DNA from: Acetobacterium wieringae
GTDB lineage: Bacteria; Bacillota; Clostridia; Eubacteriales; Eubacteriaceae
Reading direction: 5' to 3'
Length of the DNA stretch: 64,000 bases
Assembly (NCBI RefSeq): GCF_026646375.1
Contig: NZ_JAIPPU010000014.1
Coordinates: forward strand, 11,873-75,872
The notes under the pieces are model-generated. The model made no database searches. It saw only the letters and a list, made by a program, of their open reading frames with translations, and was not told where the DNA came from. Below are positions 27,292 through 36,789 of the stretch, one piece after another. The position numbers were made by a program, and so were the translations under genes. Each line of letters begins with the position of its first letter. Position 1 is the stretch's first letter.

Positions 27292-28239
27292 TCATGTCTG
27301 ATTGCATTTTCGTTTCGCTGTTTTTTCGGTTTGTTTGGTCATCGTATTTTTTTCAGGAGCGCTCTGCTTTTCAGAAATGATCAACCCCAGCAGGGTTAGC
27401 CCAATTCCCAGTACTGCCAGCCCGGTTAATCTTTCCTTAAGAATCAGTACCGATGTTGCCACAGTGATGACTGGCACCAGATAAATATAAACCGTGGTTT
27501 TGGTAGCCCCCAGCCGTTTGACCGCCAGACTCCAGGTGACAAAGCAGATCGCTGAAGCCAGCAATCCCAAAAACAACAAATTAAAGAGATAAACCGGCTG
27601 GGCCAATGGTATAAGACTCCAATTGACATCAAAAAAGGGCAGGGCCGGCATCATAAAGAGAAGCCCGTAAAAAAAGATCCGCCTCGTGGTTTGAATACTA
27701 TGATAACCCAAGCCACTAATTTTGCGGGTCAGCACCGAATAAACCGCCCATACTCCGGCCGCCAGCAGCGCCAGTAAATCACCAATGGGGTTGAGTTGCA
27801 ACACCATGATCCCGTTAAAGCTGATCAGAAAAATCCCGATGATGGCAGCGACAAAACCGATGAAAAAATTCAGACTCAGTTTTTCACCGTCCAGAAAGAA
27901 ATGGGCTAGAATCGCCGTGAAAAAAGGTGCAACGGAAATAATCACACCGACGTTGGAGGCATAAGTATAAGTGAGGGCAATATTTTCCAGTAAAAAATAG
28001 AGCGTTACTCCACACAAACCGGCCGCCATCATCATCATTTCTGCGGCTTTACTGCAAAGACCCATGCGCCGGGGATAGACCAGGGTCAGAGCGAGATAGC
28101 CAATCACAAAGCGAAAGACCAGAATCTCAATTGGTGTGAAAACATCCAGAAGAATTTTTGTCGAAACAAAGGTGATTCCCCAGATAAAAATCGTAAACGC
28201 TGCGGCCAGATGGCCGGTCAGCCGATGCTCGCCGTTCAA
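27292..28239 (-). CDS. DMT (EamA) family transporter
   Basis: Ten-TM pattern with two EamA-like halves. The TTG start overlaps the AraC stop (TTGA) and has a GAGGGGAG SD. Confidence 0.9.
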   Translation of the reverse strand: MNGEHRLTGHLAAAFTIFIWGITFVSTKILLDVFTPIEILVFRFVIGYLALTLVYPRRMGLCSKAAEMMMMAAGLCGVTLYFLLENIALTYTYASNVGVIISVAPFFTAILAHFFLDGEKLSLNFFIGFVAAIIGIFLISFNGIMVLQLNPIGDLLALLAAGVWAVYSVLTRKISGLGYHSIQTTRRIFFYGLLFMMPALPFFDVNWSLIPLAQPVYLFNLLFLGLLASAICFVTWSLAVKRLGATKTTVYIYLVPVITVATSVLILKERLTGLAVLGIGLTLLGLIISEKQSAPEKNTMTKQTEKTAKRKCNQT

Positions 28240-29105
28240 TTTTTACTCCCCTCATCCCCGCTCCTGGATCCCCGAGGTTTCGAATCAGTTGAGATAAATA
28301 TTTTCTGGTATTGTTTGGGCGTAATCCCAATGAATTGCTTAAAAAAATTAGTAAAGTGACTTTGATCTGAAAATCCGGTCTGGTAAGCTATTTCAAGCGG
28401 TTCCAGCCCTTTTTCCAGCAACCGCTTGGCCTGATTGATGCGCACCGTCTCCAGATAACGGTAGGGGGTGATTCCCTTTGTTCTGGTAAAGGCTCGAACC
28501 AGATAATACTTGCCGCAGCCACTTAAGGCACATAAGTCTGCCAGTGTGATCCGCTCCTGGTAATGCGCTTCCAGATAAGCACAGATCATCTCAATATCAC
28601 TATCAACCTCCGGCTGATCCCTATCGGTTTCCCAGGTTCCGTATTCTTCAACCAACTGCTCGATTAAAAACAGAAATACTTCTTCTTTGTTAAATTCGCA
28701 TGCTTCCTGCATCACCATCTGATGCAGTTCCTGAAGGGCCTTCACCTGTTCGCACCGGGATACTACCGGCTGTTTAAATATCAGCTTGTCCGGCTTTCCG
28801 GTGATTTCAAAAACCAGTTCCCGCATTATTTCCGGTTTGATGTTAAGACACCGGTAATCCAGCGGTTTTTCATCAATTTGTTCGCAAAAATGAGTATCGT
28901 AAGGATTAAAAAGCAGCAAATCCCCCGGTTCCACCCGGTATTCACTGTTCTTACAGGACAATTTTCGCTGTCCGCTTTCAATAAAACCAATCACATAATG
29001 CTCATGAAAGTGATTCGGAAACTTTTGAATAATGCCTTTTAAGCACAAGGCTTCGATTTTCAGTTCACTATCATAACGGACGATCCGTTCTTCGTGGTGT
29101 TTCAT
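28236..29105 (-). CDS. AraC family transcriptional regulator (cupin + HTH)
   Basis: The N-terminus is cupin-like (FPNHFHEHYVIGFIESG). The C-terminal HTH_18 part reads ITLADLCALSGCGKYYLVRAFTRTKGITPYRYL...IAYQTGFSDQSHFTNFFK. Confidence 0.9.
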   Translation of the reverse strand: MKHHEERIVRYDSELKIEALCLKGIIQKFPNHFHEHYVIGFIESGQRKLSCKNSEYRVEPGDLLLFNPYDTHFCEQIDEKPLDYRCLNIKPEIMRELVFEITGKPDKLIFKQPVVSRCEQVKALQELHQMVMQEACEFNKEEVFLFLIEQLVEEYGTWETDRDQPEVDSDIEMICAYLEAHYQERITLADLCALSGCGKYYLVRAFTRTKGITPYRYLETVRINQAKRLLEKGLEPLEIAYQTGFSDQSHFTNFFKQFIGITPKQYQKIFISTDSKPRGSRSGDEGSKN

Positions 29106-29192
29106 TTAACTACCTCCGCTTCCATCCCAGTGTAGCATTAATCTGGCTTTATCTCTTGGATGATATTGCAGTTCCGAAAAAAAAGCAGGAAA

Positions 29193-29999
29193 TTACTTTC
29201 CTGCATAAAGATTCATTCGTTTACCTCTGACAAAGCCAATCAGGGTGAGATTAAACTGACGGGCCAGTAAAACCGCTTCATCAGTGGGCGCTGAATGGGA
29301 GGCAATCACCGGGATACGGCTTCTGATCGCTTTGATGACCATATCCGAGGGAATTCGGCCGGTGGTAAACAGGATTGCCTCAGCGATATTTTCTTCTTCC
29401 ATCAAGGCCTGACCAATGGCTTTATCCACCGCATTGTGGCGGCCTATATCTTCGCAAACAAACGCCAGATTATCACGAATGCTCATGGCACAGCAGTGGG
29501 TTCCGCCGGTCTCGGCAAACAGCCCGGCATTCCGGTTGCAGGCATTGGCCAGCATCAACACGGTTTCCGGGGACCAGTCATGAATCGGTAAGGGCATCAG
29601 GTTTTTAGCGTAAGTAGCCTGACGGATTTTTCGGTTGTTACCACAGGAAATCGAGTTGCTGCCGGTATCATGGTCAATTTCCGGCAATGCCAGCGGTTTA
29701 TTCAGCTGAACCTTAGCCCGCTCCCCGCTTTCACAGACATAAATAAATTCAATTTCATCGGAGTTTTTAATATAGCCCTCGCTAAGAAGAAATCCCAGCA
29801 CCAGGGCATCTAATTTTTCGGGGGTGCAGACCAGCTTAAAGGCCAGTTGATCATTAATATAGGCATTCAAGTGATGTTCAACAATAACCATATCGGTCAT
29901 TTTCTCTTCAGTCAAGCGATGGTCTTCCGACTGCCGGATACGTTCGATTGCAAAATTCTCTTTTAAACTTAAGTTGTGGGTTTCATTGATTATCTTCAT
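29193..29999 (-). CDS. fdhD: Formate dehydrogenase accessory sulfurtransferase FdhD
   Basis: FdhD-type motifs DIGRHNAVDKAIG and SGRIPSDMVIKA. Length 268 aa. Confidence 0.8.
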   Translation of the reverse strand: MKIINETHNLSLKENFAIERIRQSEDHRLTEEKMTDMVIVEHHLNAYINDQLAFKLVCTPEKLDALVLGFLLSEGYIKNSDEIEFIYVCESGERAKVQLNKPLALPEIDHDTGSNSISCGNNRKIRQATYAKNLMPLPIHDWSPETVLMLANACNRNAGLFAETGGTHCCAMSIRDNLAFVCEDIGRHNAVDKAIGQALMEEENIAEAILFTTGRIPSDMVIKAIRSRIPVIASHSAPTDEAVLLARQFNLTLIGFVRGKRMNLYAGK

Positions 30000-30021
30000 T
30001 GCGCTTTTCTCCGCTTTTTTG

Positions 30022-31006
30022 CTATAAACAGGCTAAAATATCATTCACCTTCACTGAGAGCTGAATGTTGAACAAGGTTTCGCTATCGGATAAATCAAGC
30101 TCGGTTAGTTCAATGATTTGATTAATCCGGTATTTGAGGGTATTGTAGTGAACATGCAAACTTTTAGCGGTCAGCATAGTATCCTGATTATGATTAATAT
30201 AGGCTACCAGGGTTTCCAGAAAATTACTGCCCTTTTTCTCATCCAGGTCTTTCAATGTTTTCACCACCGGATGGATTAAATTTTTAATATTGGTTTCCCC
30301 TCTAAAGCTTAAGATCATATGGGAAATAATCAGATCATCATAGTTGCGAATCCGCCCTGTTTTTTTCAGCTGATCGCCTAAGGTTAGCGCATTGTGCGCC
30401 TGTTTATAGTGCTCACAAAAATCATACAGATGATAAAATATTTTGCTGATGCCAGCGGTGCAGTCATTTTCTTCCAGCAGGTTTTCAAATGATGCCATTT
30501 CCCGCTCATTCTGAATTTCTGCGGTAATGGCGTCCAGCAAAATCACCAATTGGCCATTATAAATAATCACCGTTTGCTGATTAAAAAAATTCTGATAAAT
30601 CCGTTTCAAGTAATACAACCGATCATTGGTATTCTAGCGATTATCGATGCGGATGACCAGGGCGAAGAGATTTTTGTAGAGCTTTAATCCATAAATTCTT
30701 TCCCGTTCTTCAATGGCTGTGTGATCATACATTTTTTGATTCAGCAGGGCAATTAAAAAGGTGTCACTCAGTGAACTGGCAGTCTGGCTGATCCTCGATG
30801 ATAATAAAACAGTTTTTGTGATCCAGCCGTCGCTGGATGTCAGACGCCTTTATGACATAAGCGTAGTCCGGCGACAGGTCTTGTTCAGTAAAATAGTCAA
30901 TGCCTTTAATTTCAATTGCGTCGTCATTTTCATTGATGCTCATCCTAATGGGTCTCCCATTCAATACCGATCTCATTTTTTTAAGTGTTACCACCGTCAA
31001 AACCAC
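30022..31006 (-). pseudogene. Disrupted PucR-family transcriptional regulator
   Basis: The N-terminal ORF (30764-31006) and the C-terminal HTH ORF (30022-30618, ...HVHYNTLKYRINQIIELTELDL) belong to one gene. The middle segment reads LSDTFLIALLNQKMYDHTAIEEREIYGLKLYKNLFALVIRIDNR-TAG-NTNDRLYYLKRIY in the C-terminal frame. That implies one frameshift near 30765-30785 and one in-frame TAG (30634-30636). Confidence 0.6.
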
Positions 31007-31286
31007 CTTATTATCTTATCGAATTTGACTCATTATATCATGGGGTGATCCCCCTGTACATCAGGGTATTAAATAAAAACGACTGACCGTTTGCGGATCT
31101 CATTTTTAGGAATCGTTTACCAATTTCGCTTCCTCATTTTGTTACTTTTTACAAGCCTGCTTTGTTAACGGGCTTCTTTTTAATCACTAAAATCTCAAGC
31201 CATCACAAAGACGGCGCCACCTCCAACTGTTATACTGATGCCAGCTAGATATGACAACACTTTAACAAAACCAAGGAGGATTTGAG

Positions 31287-31526
31287 ATGGTACAACGATA
31301 CTCACAATTATGTCCGATGGCTTTCGGTGCTGGCGCTGTTAACACCACCGGAGATGTTGCCAAAGAATTAGGATTTAACAGAATATTAATCGTCACTGAT
31401 GAAAACGTTGAAAAAATCGGTACCTGCATGGGCCTAACCATCAGTGCCACTTATCCCCAGGAAATTGGGATCGAAGTCGCCAATGCCGTCGAAACCGGTT
31501 TTGTCGCCGCTTATCAGTTGGTTTAA
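31287..31526 (+). pseudogene. 79-codon remnant of an iron-containing alcohol dehydrogenase
   Basis: The N-terminus MAFGAGAVNTTGDVAKELGFNRILIVTDENVEKIG matches the start of Fe-ADH family proteins, which are normally about 380 aa. The ORF stops after 79 codons directly in front of a strong terminator. Confidence 0.55.
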
Positions 31527-31560
31527 ATTTAATTTCATCATATTTTTAAATTTTTCGATA

Positions 31561-31595
31561 AAAATTGGCGAAGCCTGAAGCTTCGCCAATTTTTT
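31561..31595. terminator. Bidirectional intrinsic terminator
   Basis: AAAATTGGCGAAGC-CTGAA-GCTTCGCCAATTTT is a 14-bp perfect stem with A/T runs on both sides. Confidence 0.75.
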
Positions 31596-31617
31596 CATGT
31601 TTTTATCCGTATTTTTC

Positions 31618-33081
31618 TCATATCTCAAGCGCGTCTTCCCAAACCACAGCGTTTCTACCTGCATTTTTAGCCTGATACAAAAGCTTATCGACCAGATTCA
31701 TGGTTTTGCTGTAATCTTCCTTATTATACCAGCATAAGCCAATCGACACCGTACAGGGAAAATCCGTCTGTCGGGATTGAAAAGCCGCCCTGAACGTTTC
31801 GCCCTGGTTTCTGGCATTTTCAAGGCTTTCTCCTTCAATCAGCACCGCAAACTCTTCCCCACCGTAGCGACAAATCACGCCATCGTAAAAATGCTCACTC
31901 AAGCAATCGGCAAGTTCACAGAGTACGGTATCTCCAGCCTGATGTCCATATTGGTCGTTCACCAGCTTAAAGTGGTCAATATCCAGCAACATAACCACGC
32001 CCGCCTTCTCCAGCTGATTGAATCGCTGGACAAAATGATGCCGATTATAGAGTTGGGTTAAGTGATCAGTAATAGCCAAAATCTCAACCTGTTTTTTTGC
32101 CTCAGTAATTTCGGTCACATCGGTAAAAACAACGATGGTTCCATGGTGTTTTCCAATCGCATTCAAACGAATCTGATAATGTTTATCACCCATGGCAACG
32201 GTCTGTGAAGCATTAGACTCCAAAATATGCGCCAAGACCATATAACGGTTTATGGGCTCTCCGATCTTTAATTGACCGAGGATTCCAAACAGGCTTTGCA
32301 TCGCCCGATTCATTTTCAGAATATAGCCTTCGCTGTCAACCACAATAACCCCCTCACCAATGGTATTAAAGATCATTTCATGGGTGACTTCACTCAAAAA
32401 AAGAATATCATAGCGATAAATACCACTGGCTACCAACACACTTAAAAAGATAAATGAAAAAGGTATCAGATCAATTTCACCAATTCCCCAGCCCAATAAA
32501 TAACAGGTGCTGGCAATCATTGGAACCAACATCCCGGTAAAAACCAGAATGGCTCGCCTTCGGGTTACCCCTCTGGTATTTATGATCTGTCCAGTCAAAA
32601 CAACCAGGGCATAAATCATCGCAAAGTACAAGGCCCCTACCTGAACCATATACCATTGACCTTTTTGTGTCACCACAATGGGGAAGCCAATGCTCCCATC
32701 CACCCCCATTTGGGCATAATATAAACCATGCATCGCATTTGTCTGAACTAAAAACAAGGTAGCTGTACAGATGGCCAGCACAATCCCCATCACATAATTG
32801 TTGGCAAAACGCCGCTCACCGGCATACTCTCTGGCAAACCAGAGAATGAGAATGGGATAAAAAGACACACCCAGATACTCAACTCGAATCCATTGATACA
32901 TGGTTTCCCAATCTGAACTCATTAATTCCATCCCATAGGCAAAACTGTGAATAGCCATGGCAAACATTAACAGCGTAATCGCTTTAACCCCAGAAATTCC
33001 CCGATGCCGAAAGCCAACGATCCCCAAAACAATCAAGACCATTGATGAAACCACCAATATTGTGCTTAAAATTATATTCAT
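31618..33081 (-). CDS. Membrane-bound PAS-GGDEF diguanylate cyclase
   Basis: 7-TM N-terminal region, a PAS-like segment, and an intact RYGGEEF active site with DHFKLVNDQYGHQAGD. Confidence 0.9.
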   Translation of the reverse strand: MNIILSTILVVSSMVLIVLGIVGFRHRGISGVKAITLLMFAMAIHSFAYGMELMSSDWETMYQWIRVEYLGVSFYPILILWFAREYAGERRFANNYVMGIVLAICTATLFLVQTNAMHGLYYAQMGVDGSIGFPIVVTQKGQWYMVQVGALYFAMIYALVVLTGQIINTRGVTRRRAILVFTGMLVPMIASTCYLLGWGIGEIDLIPFSFIFLSVLVASGIYRYDILFLSEVTHEMIFNTIGEGVIVVDSEGYILKMNRAMQSLFGILGQLKIGEPINRYMVLAHILESNASQTVAMGDKHYQIRLNAIGKHHGTIVVFTDVTEITEAKKQVEILAITDHLTQLYNRHHFVQRFNQLEKAGVVMLLDIDHFKLVNDQYGHQAGDTVLCELADCLSEHFYDGVICRYGGEEFAVLIEGESLENARNQGETFRAAFQSRQTDFPCTVSIGLCWYNKEDYSKTMNLVDKLLYQAKNAGRNAVVWEDALEI

Positions 33082-33157
33082 CTAACTAGCCTCATTCAAA
33101 ATTATCGTTGTCAAAAAAACACCCTTATTAACCGAACTTATCGCCACGCTGATTTTT

Positions 33158-34561
33158 TTATTCGGCCTTTTTTATCGTTGGCGGTTGCCAGCTGCCATCA
33201 AACACTGATTCCTGAGGCAGATAAATTCGCAGGTACAGATGAAAGTTATCCGCTGAGATCGGCAACCAGTTATTCGCCATTGTGGCATCGGCCGGGGCCT
33301 GAGTTTGCAGCAATAAATCCAGCGAACCGTCCTGATTATAGGTAACGGCACTGCGGTCATTGATGCTATAACGATTAATCGGATTATCGATTAAAAAATT
33401 ATCACTGTCATAGGCGGTGATTGACCAGAAACCGGTGTCTTTGGTTGGTGGGAGCTGATCTTTGTTAAAATGGATCACATAATTGTTGGTGCCATCAAAG
33501 GTGACGCCATCACTAGTGGTGCTGGCATTGGGATAAATGGCAACGGAAACCGGATTGGCGGCCAAACCGTTTAAAGCAATCAATGCCCGATAATCATATT
33601 CGGTGCCAAATTCGGCCACCGGTTCACCAAAAAACCGCCAGTTATTCATCTGAACCAGAAAATCCTGAGAATCGTTGAACAAGGTGGTCGACAGATCATT
33701 GATCATCGTAGTCCACTCGTCCTGGCCAGAATCCCCCAATACCGCCGGGTCAAACTCAAGGCCCGGGCCGACACCCACCGCACTGATTTTTTCAATCATG
33801 GCCTGATCGGCGCTGGCAGGAGGATTGGCAACCATTAACGCATTGGCAGTATTAAAAAACTCCGCCGGAGTCATCTGCAAAACATGTTCGATGGGAATAA
33901 AATTATTACTTTCACTATAACTGCCCTTAGCCGGAATATAGGCTTCTCCTGATAAATAATTCGTCAACGGCAGCAATTGGATGTTATTTTGAATGGCATA
34001 GACATTGTCAAGATCGGCTTCGCCATAGCTGAGCACCCGACACAAAATCCAGGCCATATTGGTAGGCATGGCAACATGAACCAGCTCTTTGGGAATTTCA
34101 CCACTGTAATCGGGCCCGGTAATCAAAAAAGCCGTCTGATCGGGATTATCGCTGCCGGAACCAGTGATTTTGACGGCATTGGTATAGGCGTCCATAATCT
34201 CCCCAGAGCAGAACCGATCCGCTTTGGGCATCACAAAAACCATTGCCGTTTCCGAAAGATCCAAAAACGCCTGCGAATACAGGGTATCCGTATTGAGGGT
34301 GACCACATCCCTGGCACTGGCATTGGCCAGATTATGGCTGTGGAACAACTGATTGGGCGGTGCCTGGGTCGTCGTTGGCTCCACCGTATTGGTCATCTTT
34401 TCCATGGTGGCATTCACCAGCACCAACGGAAAGGCATAAACGTAGGCATCGTAGATGGTCTCTTTGATACTCTCTGTTTTTGGTTCATTCTGGCTGGCGG
34501 TACAACCGGTTAAAAACAGCAATGAAAGAAATAGACAGATAATTTGAGTTAGCTTCTTCAT
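33158..34561 (-). CDS. DUF1254/DUF1214 lipoprotein
   Basis: Lipobox LTGC|TAS. DUF1254-like YDAYVYAFPLVLV and DUF1214-like GFWSITAYD. ATG 34561 follows AGAAGGGAAA. Confidence 0.8.
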   Translation of the reverse strand: MKKLTQIICLFLSLLFLTGCTASQNEPKTESIKETIYDAYVYAFPLVLVNATMEKMTNTVEPTTTQAPPNQLFHSHNLANASARDVVTLNTDTLYSQAFLDLSETAMVFVMPKADRFCSGEIMDAYTNAVKITGSGSDNPDQTAFLITGPDYSGEIPKELVHVAMPTNMAWILCRVLSYGEADLDNVYAIQNNIQLLPLTNYLSGEAYIPAKGSYSESNNFIPIEHVLQMTPAEFFNTANALMVANPPASADQAMIEKISAVGVGPGLEFDPAVLGDSGQDEWTTMINDLSTTLFNDSQDFLVQMNNWRFFGEPVAEFGTEYDYRALIALNGLAANPVSVAIYPNASTTSDGVTFDGTNNYVIHFNKDQLPPTKDTGFWSITAYDSDNFLIDNPINRYSINDRSAVTYNQDGSLDLLLQTQAPADATMANNWLPISADNFHLYLRIYLPQESVFDGSWQPPTIKKAE

Positions 34562-34704
34562 AACAAATTTCCCTTCTTTTTCAACTAATCGAATCGGCAA
34601 TCATCCTCAAATATTCGGCCGATGCTCAACTCATTGTACCCCAATTCCGGCAAAAAAATAAGACTCAAAATATTAATTTTGAGCCTTACTTCGGTATTGA
34701 TTAC

Positions 34705-36699
34705 TTAAAAGCTGTACTGATAGACAAATTCATCGCCTTCGTTGCCGATAAACATGAGATAAGCACCCGCTGGCACCGGCACGTCTTCGATTGCGGCATA
34801 CATGGTATCAGCCAACACCGTCAGTGCCGGGTCATAGATCACCAGGCGGCCGCCCTCTGGTAGGGTGACACTAAAGCTACCGTCAGCGTTCAGCTTCCTG
34901 ATGACATTTTCGCCTGCCGTATCAATCCTGATTTTTTCATCGCTGACCAGAACGGGGATATCAGCCACATCCATAAAAACATAACCCATCGCAGTCATCG
35001 TGGTGGTTCCGTTTGCTTCGGTAAGGGTTGGCTCAACCAGATCCCGGGCATAAGGCAGGTTGTTATAGGCGGTATTTTCATCCTTTAGGGGATAGGGTGT
35101 AAAGCTGCCGTCACTGCCAAAATAAATAGTTCCCGGAAGCTCCGGCAGACTGCCAGTCACAGCAGAAAATGCATATAAATCAATGGCACTGAGATTTTTG
35201 GGAATCCAGGCTTTACCGGCAAAACGGCTGGTATCCACGGGATTATTGGCCGTAATACCCTGGCCGATGACAATCGAATAATCGGCCGTATTCATCGACT
35301 GCAGCACCAGTTTTTTGCCAAAACTATCGGAAAAAGACATCCGATATCCGTTTTGCATATCAAAATACCCATCCCCGCTGTAGGGATAACTGCCGGCGGT
35401 GGTAAAGCCATTGCCATCAAAGCGTTTGTATTCCAGCGTGTTGTTCTGCTGATTAAACTCAATTTTGATGACACTACCGCTGGCTCCATAATATCCGGCA
35501 AAACTGAGCATTTCGCCTGGTATCGCTGCGGTAGCGGTTGTTTGCTCGGCTGCTGCCGGGGTGGGAACAATCCCCTTTTCTTCCAGCAGTGTCTGGGTGA
35601 TGGTTTCGGCAATTCCCGAAGCATCCCCGGTGCCGGCAAAGATCAGCGCCACAGAAAGTTTCTCCTCAGGAATGACATACAACTGAGAATTAAACTGCAG
35701 CGTTCCACCATTTTTGCTCAGCACATGAACGCCCTGTTCGGCAAAACTGGCAACGTCCACCATATCCCAGCCCAGACCATAATTGGTAATCGGGGTACCC
35801 GTCGGCACCGTTTCTTTTCCATACTGAGGACTGGTATACTCGGTAAAGGATTCGGCACTCATCAGCTTGTTTTCCAGCAGCGCGTTGCCAAAATGGCATA
35901 GATCCACTGCTGTCGCGGAAATTCCCCCGGTACCCATCAGATTAATGATTTCTGCTGGCAGAGCGGTGCCATCCTCGTTGTTATACTTCAGGGCAATATT
36001 GGGGTTTTCAGCCTTAAAGGAACAGCTGCTGTCGTTCATCCCGGCTTTTTTAAAAATGTTCTTCTGTAGATAGTCGGAATACGTCTGGCCGGACACTTTT
36101 TCAATTAACACCTCGGCCAGAGTGAAGCCATCATTGCAGTAAACACTGACTACCCCTGGATCACCCTTGAGACGGCTACCCGCCAGATAATTCATAAATT
36201 CCACCAAGAACTGGGGATCTTTCGCTGTTGCAAAGCCATTATACATCATTGTTCCCGGCAATCCCGAAGTATGGTTAAGCAGCATCCGAACCGTGATGTC
36301 TTGATAGCGGTTGTCTGCCATGGTAAAATCCGGTAGGTAGTTAACCACCGGTTTATCGAGCTCCAGCTGACCCGCCTCCACCAGCTGCATCACGGCCGCA
36401 GCTGTAAACACCTTACTGACCGAACCAATATTAAACTGAGTGCTGGTATTTACCCCCAACGCCTCAGTTCGGTTAGCCATGGCAAAGCCTTCTTCATAAA
36501 CAATTTTACCATCGTCCATAATGGCCACGGTGGCACTGGAGGCCCCACCGCCGGCGATGGCTTTCCAGATTTCGGTGCGTGCCGTGGTGATGGTTTTTTC
36601 ATAGCTCTGACTCTGGGATGGGGCGGTCGTACATCCCGCCAAAGGAACAAGAATCAACAACAAACCAAGCATCACAACTGTTAATCGTTTTTTTAACAT
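34705..36699 (-). CDS. Beta-lactamase-fold serine hydrolase lipoprotein with about 300-aa C-terminal extension
   Basis: Lipobox LAGC|TT. SxxK motif SVSKVF and YxN motif YCND. Paralogue of 36790-38778. Confidence 0.85.
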   Translation of the reverse strand: MLKKRLTVVMLGLLLILVPLAGCTTAPSQSQSYEKTITTARTEIWKAIAGGGASSATVAIMDDGKIVYEEGFAMANRTEALGVNTSTQFNIGSVSKVFTAAAVMQLVEAGQLELDKPVVNYLPDFTMADNRYQDITVRMLLNHTSGLPGTMMYNGFATAKDPQFLVEFMNYLAGSRLKGDPGVVSVYCNDGFTLAEVLIEKVSGQTYSDYLQKNIFKKAGMNDSSCSFKAENPNIALKYNNEDGTALPAEIINLMGTGGISATAVDLCHFGNALLENKLMSAESFTEYTSPQYGKETVPTGTPITNYGLGWDMVDVASFAEQGVHVLSKNGGTLQFNSQLYVIPEEKLSVALIFAGTGDASGIAETITQTLLEEKGIVPTPAAAEQTTATAAIPGEMLSFAGYYGASGSVIKIEFNQQNNTLEYKRFDGNGFTTAGSYPYSGDGYFDMQNGYRMSFSDSFGKKLVLQSMNTADYSIVIGQGITANNPVDTSRFAGKAWIPKNLSAIDLYAFSAVTGSLPELPGTIYFGSDGSFTPYPLKDENTAYNNLPYARDLVEPTLTEANGTTTMTAMGYVFMDVADIPVLVSDEKIRIDTAGENVIRKLNADGSFSVTLPEGGRLVIYDPALTVLADTMYAAIEDVPVPAGAYLMFIGNEGDEFVYQYSF

Positions 36700-36789
36700 T
36701 TTCTTTATCCTTTCGTTTTTTTTATAAATTGTTCCCTCTTTTAAAACCAGTCTTTAACCGCTTTTATAATTCCTGTCGATGTTGCCCCA

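Noticed and set aside
29193-29999. Search for a selenocysteine-containing formate dehydrogenase (in-frame TGA plus SECIS) next to fdhD
   Set aside because: The neighbouring genes are an AraC regulator and a PucR pseudogene. No molybdopterin oxidoreductase-like ORF, intact or TGA-interrupted, is present.
30634-30636. In-frame TAG in the PucR-family gene as a pyrrolysine codon
   Set aside because: The same gene also has a frameshift. No pyl genes or PYLIS-like context are visible in the window, and a regulator is an implausible Pyl protein. A pseudogene is the simpler explanation.
33977-35901. 178-aa and 182-aa plus-strand ORFs (33977-34513, 35353-35901) opposite the DUF1254/1214 and hydrolase genes
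   Set aside because: Antisense shadows with no SD. The opposite frames have lipoboxes and family motifs.
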